IMG/VR virus record: IMGVR_UViG_3300032323_003754
Span: 1-64,000 of that record
Source: a virus
Reading direction: 5' to 3' (one strand)
Length of the DNA stretch: 64,000 bases
The position numbers and the translations under genes are program-made. Below, piece by piece: positions 58,901-64,000 of the stretch (positions are counted from its first letter, which is position 1; each line of letters begins with the position of its first letter). The notes beneath the pieces were generated by a model. That model saw only the letters and a list, made by a program, of their open reading frames with translations. It was not told the DNA's origin and made no database searches.

Positions 58901-59134
58901 AGTACCCAAACTGATATAGGTAATGCAGTTAAGGTAAATGGAGTATGCTGTTTGGTAATTTCAACCGATAGTACTGGTACGGCCCTAGTGGATGAAACTA
59001 AATATATAGATTGCTCTGCATGTAATTCAGGGACTCCACCACCATCACCAGCACCAAGCCCAGGTGGCGGAGAAACACCAACGCCATCACCAACACCAGG
59101 AGGGCCGGGAGGAGAAGAAATACCTAATCCTTAA
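55928..59134 (+). CDS. Tail fibre: collagen-like segment, tail-collar domain, Pro-Thr linker, Cys-rich C-terminal module
   Basis: KVNYNFDQI N-terminus; GPQGPQGIRGATGAIGPQGIQGPTGPQGLRG; PVGTIQIYPGANIPAGWLTCDGSAISRTTYADLFASIGTTYG.GDG.TTFNLPDLRGKFIRG collar; (PT)24. Confidence 0.85.
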   Translation: MPQINILNILPGDQQSILVDKVNYNFDQILTAGGGPQGPQGIRGATGAIGPQGIQGPTGPQGLRGARWYVQPSAPATGNLLNTPWGEPELGDYWLSGTSDANPLGVYVYDETVPGTLNWVYSNVSFNNTSVFTAIDNLNNTNDRALIHDTEFSNKYGLVLSDYGVVGGETNFNYDSAFVSKFTINAERAKLKIATDPVQGASSLISFGRANLDNANGETGASFSQGHNPRFQWKVPAATNANYDIQFFSPVGNFEILASASTFGVTGANIRMYASSNITLIGNTFTITRTGAGNTYTSTGTGTYDVSGSQIRFSPTYTDTIGNFIVGDAVNTGGSKGIVISTSANTPGRSLVFKSHQSLATDSAYGKIAAEKQNGTSPVSSIGFVADGTGTRIDFSVSNGSSNDLNRLRLDKDGNLQFRAVDSSIYMQDVGTGAAGLNLSISAGSGGGGGNLILNGGSVPGGFTSGKVIINPGAVASGSGSSLGSVYLHTTQSNKTNVSGVSIGIDSNTSVDAALVVADTNYNIPAGDIFELKTYAQRAIARNTDLSVDTSHFFGFDGDGYATKGLPFNPTLGSGGYALSSDNYNLDYYAEGDWNSSLSLTTIGSVAGWDSSKYKIVKSRFTRIGDTVQVDFVIKIDSLTSGIATPSPASNGFMYISGFPYSPDFSRVRLGTATNLYTAPAMPLVSIKGSGFGNSINTGGGNPVGTIQIYPGANIPAGWLTCDGSAISRTTYADLFASIGTTYGNGDGGTTFNLPDLRGKFIRGLGGNSLGLTETQADEIKSHSHVLNYKKGASDDNESGISGEYMRKLGAGGGSNYGNGTTTTETSGSGIETRPVNMAMNYIIYAGSTSGASTQTELSGAFVNESNGRFYIYNGSGNLNVSNVPAGTGVTSYLYGSFSYFTLSSTTYSGIATPSPMAPPPSPTPTPTPTPTPTPTPTPTPTPTPTPTPTPTPTPTPTPTPTPTPTPTPTPQLYYYLVETCGGGEQFYISTSTQTDIGNAVKVNGVCCLVISTDSTGTALVDETKYIDCSACNSGTPPPSPAPSPGGGETPTPSPTPGGPGGEEIPNP
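58694..58840 (+). repeat. 6-bp-period coding repeat, (Pro-Thr)24-Pro
   Basis: CCRACN units, 49 codons, preceded by APPPS. Confidence 0.95.
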
Positions 59135-59164
59135 TAGAGGCTATTAATTCTAAATTTAATTAAT

Positions 59165-59452
59165 ATGAATAAGCAGGAAACTGAAAAAATAAAATCGATA
59201 ATAAATAATTATAAATCGATCCACCAAGAACTTAATTCCTATGAAAAAAGATTAGAAAATATGTCTTTAGGAATTGAGGAGAAACTCGAAGATGAGATCT
59301 TCTTAGTTGGGAGTAAAATTAAAAAGTGTATAAAAAAACTAGAAGACGAAAGAATTCTGGAAAGAAAATTCTATTCATCCCTTGAAAAAAAATATGGGCC
59401 GGGTGAATTGGACATAAATACTTTAGAATATAAAAGTAAAAAGACAATATAA
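59165..59452 (+). CDS. Small coiled-coil hypothetical protein
   Basis: 95 aa ending LEKKYGPGELDINTLEY; follows the tail fibre. Confidence 0.65.
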   Translation: MNKQETEKIKSIINNYKSIHQELNSYEKRLENMSLGIEEKLEDEIFLVGSKIKKCIKKLEDERILERKFYSSLEKKYGPGELDINTLEYKSKKTI

Positions 59453-59460
59453 AATTAATC

Positions 59461-60216
59461 ATGAAGGAAGTAAAACAAAAAGTTGAAAAACAGATAGAGG
59501 TTGTACAAAAATTTAAAAATAATAATATAAAGCTTCTTGTAGTAGCAGCTCTTTTTATATTAGCGTTTTTACTATATGGTACATTTAGCAATAACTATCA
59601 CAAAAAAGAAATCAAAGCTCTTGAGAATGAGATTAGTGTAGTCCAAAAGAAGTTTGATGCTGCAGTAGAAGAAAAAGAAAAATTAAGAGATTCTTCCGAG
59701 ACCTACGAGGATTTGGCCAAGGAGGAAGGGATAAGAGCTGACATTTTTAGAGCAAAAGCTGCAAAGGAGAAAAAAGATAAGGAAGCAGCTTTAGCAGCAT
59801 TACAAAATTTACCAAAAGATGTGATTGATACATTTTTTATTAAAAGATACGCAGAAGTTCCTAAATCTGACATTGGTTTAGAATTAGACAAAAACGTAGG
59901 TAATGCTATAGTTGTAGAATTAGTTGAAAAAGATCATTTAGTTGGACAATTAGCAACTTCTGAGAATTTGGCAGTAACCCTTACATCCCAGGTTAATACT
60001 TTACAGACCTCTTTAAATTTTTCTAAATTGGCTCTTGTGAGTGCAGATTCTGCAATCGTAGCTAGATCTAAACAATTTGAATTACAACAGCAGGTAAGTA
60101 ATCTATTAAAACAAGATTTAAAAGAAGCTAAGAAAAAAGCCTTTTGGAACAAAATAAAAGGAACTGCAGTAGGTGTAGCAGTTGGTTTAACTGTAGGTCT
60201 TATTGCAGTAAAATAA
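59461..60216 (+). CDS. Membrane-anchored coiled-coil protein (possible spanin-like lysis protein)
   Basis: N-terminal TM LLVVAALFILAFLLYGTF, long coiled coil, C-terminal hydrophobic GTAVGVAVGLTVGLIAV. Confidence 0.5.
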   Translation: MKEVKQKVEKQIEVVQKFKNNNIKLLVVAALFILAFLLYGTFSNNYHKKEIKALENEISVVQKKFDAAVEEKEKLRDSSETYEDLAKEEGIRADIFRAKAAKEKKDKEAALAALQNLPKDVIDTFFIKRYAEVPKSDIGLELDKNVGNAIVVELVEKDHLVGQLATSENLAVTLTSQVNTLQTSLNFSKLALVSADSAIVARSKQFELQQQVSNLLKQDLKEAKKKAFWNKIKGTAVGVAVGLTVGLIAVK

Positions 60217-60301
60217 TTTTTAGCGAATGTCCATAGATAGAAAGCAATCGGTTAAATCCGTGCGGAAATTCGGTATGATATTATTGGATGATAGAAAACT
60301 T

Positions 60302-60309
60302 GATATATA
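60302..60309 (+). promoter_or_regulatory. Putative late promoter GATATATA
   Basis: 7 nt upstream of the ATG at 60317. Confidence 0.45.
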
Positions 60310-60316
60310 AAAGAAT

Positions 60317-62653
60317 ATGTCAAGTTTCACCTATACCAGTAAATTCTTTAGTCTAGCTCCTTATTTATTAATGGAGTACAGGTACGGTAGTCAGCCTAAT
60401 CCTGAATTTCATCCCGTAAGCTTCGGAGCATCTGCGGTTGGGTTTGAAAAGATAACCAATGGATATTTAAACGGAGCAGTTCAAATCCTTAATAGAGACG
60501 AGGATACACAAACTACAGGAAACGTAAGGGATAGGAGTTCAGTTCAAATCTCCCAAAACACCTTTGTTAGACTCGATATTGATAGATCTGTCCAGTATTT
60601 AGATTATGATGATAAATTAACTAATGTATCAAATCTACCGGTAGCATTTGAAAGCAATCTAAACGTTTATTATGATACCGTAAGATATCACTTTTTAAGC
60701 GGATTTGATTTTGGAGCCAGGGACGGAGCTATTCTACAAATTCAATTTTCCGAAAGAAATGGTAAGAAATCTACAGTTTCCCAAATAACATACGAAAAAG
60801 GGGATATTGATATTACTACACCAAATCCTACCCCTATTTATTTTAATGCTGGTATTTACGATCATTTTATAGAAGTAAAGATCCCATCATATTCACAGAT
60901 AACTTATGAGTATGACACCCAGGTAAATGCTGCTACTGCATCACAAACTACTGCTGCTAAAATAAGCTCTGACGGATCTGGATTTATTAGAAATCAGCCA
61001 TTTAATGTTACTCTATTTGAAATAGAATCTACTCAGGATTTAAATGGGTTCTATTATTACCAGACATCCATAAATAGTATAGCTACTATAACTCCTACGG
61101 ACGAGTATTCTGAATTAGCAGCTAACGTAACGGAAAACACAGATTTTGATTACTTCGAATATTATCCTAGCTGGAAAGGTAATTTTATCGAGGATTTCAT
61201 TTATACTGAAAGTTCACTTGGAAATATCTATTACATAATACATGACGTAGAGCTGCTTGAGCAGGTTGGATTGAGAAGAATTTCAACACAAAAAATTCAA
61301 GTACTTCAGGATAAGGATTTTAATGCACCATATATTTATAGACCAGTAGTAATGAGCCCAAAGGCAACTAGTTTTTCTATTAATTACTCTATGAGACTAG
61401 TTAATAAATTTGACAACGTTTCTATACTAAGGGTAGCAACGCTAACAAGCACCGAGGTTGATAAGTATGGACCAGGCATTAAAAAAATCAATCTTTTAAA
61501 CCAGCCTTATCCACAGAAAGTTTATAATAAGGTTGTTGAACCTGTTGTTACCAAAGCATACACACTAAATGTTAATCCAATAGAAAGAGTAATAACTAAA
61601 TACGTTCCTGCTTTCTTCGAAAGGGAAAACATAAATATTACGGAAGAGAATCTAACAATAGATAGCCTAGGCGGATTAACACAATCAACTACTTCTGATT
61701 CCACTGTCGCTTTTGGCCAGGGTAAATCCAAAATAGTAGTAAATCCGTATGATAACTATTATAAGTTTAGAATATTTACCAAGAATGATGGAAAAGAAAA
61801 TACGGTATTAGATCTTGGTACTAATTCAGACTTTTATCTAGTTTTTGAAGGAGGAGACAGCAAGACTGTTAGAATTTCAAGTTTATCCGATAGCACCTTC
61901 CAAAATCCAAATAAAGGAGAATTGGTTTTCAGAGTGGTTGAAGCGGATTCTAAAAAAATATCATCCTTTACCGAAAGAAATTTTCACATCGTTTCCAAAA
62001 CAAATAATGGGATAGAAACATCGATCTATCATGGATACTGGATACTTCCTTCGGAGAGAGATCAAAAACCGATTGCCGAACCTGTTGTTACACCAGCTCC
62101 AGCACCAACTCCTGTTGTAATAGCTTCTGTTCAAAACACAACAACACCAGTTGTCGATGTCATTCCACAGCAACCTAAAGATTACTTTGATATAAAAAAT
62201 GATGCTGTAGTATTGAATGTTGAACCTGCTGTAATTAAACAAACACCAGAGGTTCAGCCACCAGTGGTTAAGCCAAGACTTAAAGCAGATCTAGATACCC
62301 TTGCTAATCTAATTAGCACTGATGAGTCAGCAGGAAAAAGTTTTAGTCAGATTGCAGATTACTATACCGTACCAGGAAATCCTGGAAATCTATTATATGA
62401 GGGAATAAGTGTTACATTCTTCTTGAATGCAGTTAGGCTGGTACATCCAGATACAGATGGACAAAGAAGCACTCAATTTATCCAATACTCTAATTACCTA
62501 GGAGTAATCTATGAGCCATTTGAAAATCAGAGATATAGCGCAGGAGGCGGAGGTGGAATACCACAGTATTTCAACGATGGAGGATATGGTGTGGATAGAA
62601 GGGGATTCAACGAAAATAATGACTCAGGTCAGGGACAAACTTTTTATTTATAG
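60317..62653 (+). CDS. Probable virion structural protein
   Basis: 778 aa; beta-rich N-terminal part, Pro/Val/Thr-rich linker (PVVTPAPAPTPVV), low-complexity C-terminus. Confidence 0.55.
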   Translation: MSSFTYTSKFFSLAPYLLMEYRYGSQPNPEFHPVSFGASAVGFEKITNGYLNGAVQILNRDEDTQTTGNVRDRSSVQISQNTFVRLDIDRSVQYLDYDDKLTNVSNLPVAFESNLNVYYDTVRYHFLSGFDFGARDGAILQIQFSERNGKKSTVSQITYEKGDIDITTPNPTPIYFNAGIYDHFIEVKIPSYSQITYEYDTQVNAATASQTTAAKISSDGSGFIRNQPFNVTLFEIESTQDLNGFYYYQTSINSIATITPTDEYSELAANVTENTDFDYFEYYPSWKGNFIEDFIYTESSLGNIYYIIHDVELLEQVGLRRISTQKIQVLQDKDFNAPYIYRPVVMSPKATSFSINYSMRLVNKFDNVSILRVATLTSTEVDKYGPGIKKINLLNQPYPQKVYNKVVEPVVTKAYTLNVNPIERVITKYVPAFFERENINITEENLTIDSLGGLTQSTTSDSTVAFGQGKSKIVVNPYDNYYKFRIFTKNDGKENTVLDLGTNSDFYLVFEGGDSKTVRISSLSDSTFQNPNKGELVFRVVEADSKKISSFTERNFHIVSKTNNGIETSIYHGYWILPSERDQKPIAEPVVTPAPAPTPVVIASVQNTTTPVVDVIPQQPKDYFDIKNDAVVLNVEPAVIKQTPEVQPPVVKPRLKADLDTLANLISTDESAGKSFSQIADYYTVPGNPGNLLYEGISVTFFLNAVRLVHPDTDGQRSTQFIQYSNYLGVIYEPFENQRYSAGGGGGIPQYFNDGGYGVDRRGFNENNDSGQGQTFYL

Positions 62654-62659
62654 TAGGTT

Positions 62660-63211
62660 ATGTTATTAAACTCTAGGCAGAATGGTTTTATATTTAATTT
62701 TCCTAAAGGATTCTTCTCGGATGCTTTAGAGGAAAAATATCATGGCTATGTTAAGAGGATGCCCATTCCTTATGACACATTAAGGGATTTTATGAATTCC
62801 ACAATTCAACAGGTTTCATTTCCAACGTTTCAAAGTATAGATAACGTAGAGCAAATTAGGCCAGGAGGATACAAGCAGAATTATAAAAGCTCAACAAACA
62901 TACAGAATCTGATACAAAGAAATTTCAGTGTTAGTTTTAAACTCGGTGAGGGATTTATCAATTATTGGATTATGTACGAAAGCATTGTTAATTTCCTGGA
63001 TTTCAGTAACCCAGAACAGGTTCTTCCAGATTTAACCCTAAGACTTCTTGATCACGAGGGTATAATAATGTCCACTGTTTCTTTCCAGCAACCTATATAC
63101 ACATCTCTGTCAGAAGCTCAGTTGAACTACTCCAGCACTACTCCTCAATTCTCAACTTTCAGTGTTGGATTTAGATGTAACTATGTAGATATTAAATTGG
63201 AGATAGGATAA
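62660..63211 (+). CDS. Possible tail-tube terminator/completion protein (gp3/gp19-fold-like)
   Basis: 183 aa; IQQVSFP...FSVSFKL.EGFINYWIMY...LTLRLLD...PIYTSLS..LNYSS...FSVGF pattern. Confidence 0.4.
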   Translation: MLLNSRQNGFIFNFPKGFFSDALEEKYHGYVKRMPIPYDTLRDFMNSTIQQVSFPTFQSIDNVEQIRPGGYKQNYKSSTNIQNLIQRNFSVSFKLGEGFINYWIMYESIVNFLDFSNPEQVLPDLTLRLLDHEGIIMSTVSFQQPIYTSLSEAQLNYSSTTPQFSTFSVGFRCNYVDIKLEIG

Positions 63212-64000
63212 TTATCTAAAATACCATTCCCTTATTAGGTTATAGAAATCATTATTAGGAAAATCAGCTATATTATGATTTGGAAATGATGATTTTTTAA
63301 ATAGTGGATCACAGGAGTAATGTGCAAAATAGTGATTTTCCCTATTAAACCCATTTACGTTTGGAAAATATGTATTATCTTGACTTATACATTTTATTCT
63401 ATTATTGTGGCAAGCAATCTGGAATGCCCACATTTGCATCCACCAACCAAAAGGACTTTCTAGATAATTTCTAGCTATTAAGATGCTTAGATCTATAACT
63501 TCTTCGATTATTTTTTTTAATGTTTTAATCCTTATTATAACAGGAACAAATCCTCCATCCATGTATTCATACTCCTTGTGTTTTAGGTATGGTTCAACAA
63601 CATAGAAATTTTTCTTGGACGGATCTTTCATAAACATGTGCCAATCCTCGTACATATTACAGGTCACTACTTCTCCTTCACCTGGTAATATACCATCATA
63701 TTTTTTAAGGGAAATTACGTCGCAGTCTACTATACATAAAAATTCTTCCTCATTAAGATCTGATATTATTTGATTGATTGCAAAAAATAAATTTCCTGCG
63801 GAAAAATAAGAATGATTATCAGATTCAGAAAGAACCGAATGTATGCCCTTTACTATTTTGTAGGGTATATTTATATTCCAGTCTACCTCTTTAACTATGT
63901 TCCCGTGCGAATTTCTATCCACTATTAACAGGGTAGAATTTAATGCTGATTGTGTACCGTATACTTTTTTTTGCGCATATTGGAATAAACTGCTTTGCCA
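63212..64000 (-). CDS. GT-A glycosyltransferase resembling hydroxyproline O-arabinosyltransferase (HPAT/GT95) or GT96; 5'-truncated
   Basis: Frame open to the window end (WQSSLFQYAQKKVYG...); EEFLCIVDCD, PVIIRIKTLKKI, FGWWMQMWAFQIA, FAHYS parallel the HPAT motifs WQ...YY, EEYIL..EPD, SPVII...L.KI, FGWVLEMYAY.VA, IIHYT as recalled. Confidence 0.55.
   Translation of the reverse strand, partial: WQSSLFQYAQKKVYGTQSALNSTLLIVDRNSHGNIVKEVDWNINIPYKIVKGIHSVLSESDNHSYFSAGNLFFAINQIISDLNEEEFLCIVDCDVISLKKYDGILPGEGEVVTCNMYEDWHMFMKDPSKKNFYVVEPYLKHKEYEYMDGGFVPVIIRIKTLKKIIEEVIDLSILIARNYLESPFGWWMQMWAFQIACHNNRIKCISQDNTYFPNVNGFNRENHYFAHYSCDPLFKKSSFPNHNIADFPNNDFYNLIREWYFR

Noticed and set aside
55928-59134. Diversity-generating retroelement or invertible fibre cassette
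   Set aside because: No reverse transcriptase, recombinase or duplicated template/variable repeat was noticed in the window.
2763-62242. Numerous 60-130 aa ORFs antisense to or nested in long genes
   Set aside because: They are shadows of well-supported genes, with no recognisable motifs or start context.
1-64000. Eukaryotic giant virus (NCLDV) origin suggested by gmd/fcl, GT17, DUF5824-like gene and TATA-like motifs
   Set aside because: gp5/gp6/gp13/gp25-like contractile-tail genes, S1, RimK, coupled operons and an intrinsic terminator indicate a bacteriophage.
1-64000. Stop-codon reassignment as in some megaphages
   Set aside because: Very long ORFs are intact in code 11, and TAG, TGA and TAA all end genes at sensible boundaries.
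1-64000. tRNA/rRNA genes, introns, inteins, transposases
   Set aside because: Intergenic gaps are short and none showed recognisable cloverleaf or splicing motifs by eye; a tRNAscan/Infernal run would be needed to exclude them fully.

Overview
AT-rich, densely coding window that reads as part of a large (jumbo/mega-type) T4-like myovirus genome; the host is plausibly Bacteroidota, since most starts lack a Shine-Dalgarno and are preceded by A-runs. All calls come from motif recognition by eye, with no database searches. From left to right: an NMP-kinase + asparagine-synthetase-like amidotransferase pair; a RimK ATP-grasp/retropepsin-like fusion and several small proteins carrying T4-like capsid-targeting/prohead-protease motifs; an ~8.5 kb glycosylation cluster (GT77-like x2, GT10, GT17, GT2, DUF5672-like, two methyltransferases, fcl, gmd); and a Nudix gene. 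A ~45 kb virion module follows (hub/wedge/gp5 spike/neck/gp25/gp6-like genes, very large structural proteins, and a collagen + collar + (Pro-Thr)24 tail fibre), with a ribosomal protein S1 homologue, a degenerate amidoligase and phoH embedded in it. At the right edge is a truncated protein resembling plant hydroxyproline O-arabinosyltransferases (HPAT/GT95). A recurrent (G/A)ATATATA element, mostly 17-22 nt upstream of starts, looks like the late promoter. The two most notable hypotheses are a phage-encoded extensin/mucin-like O-glycosylation system for a Pro/Thr-rich tail fibre, and a capsid-packaged RimK that together with S1 could remodel host ribosomes.
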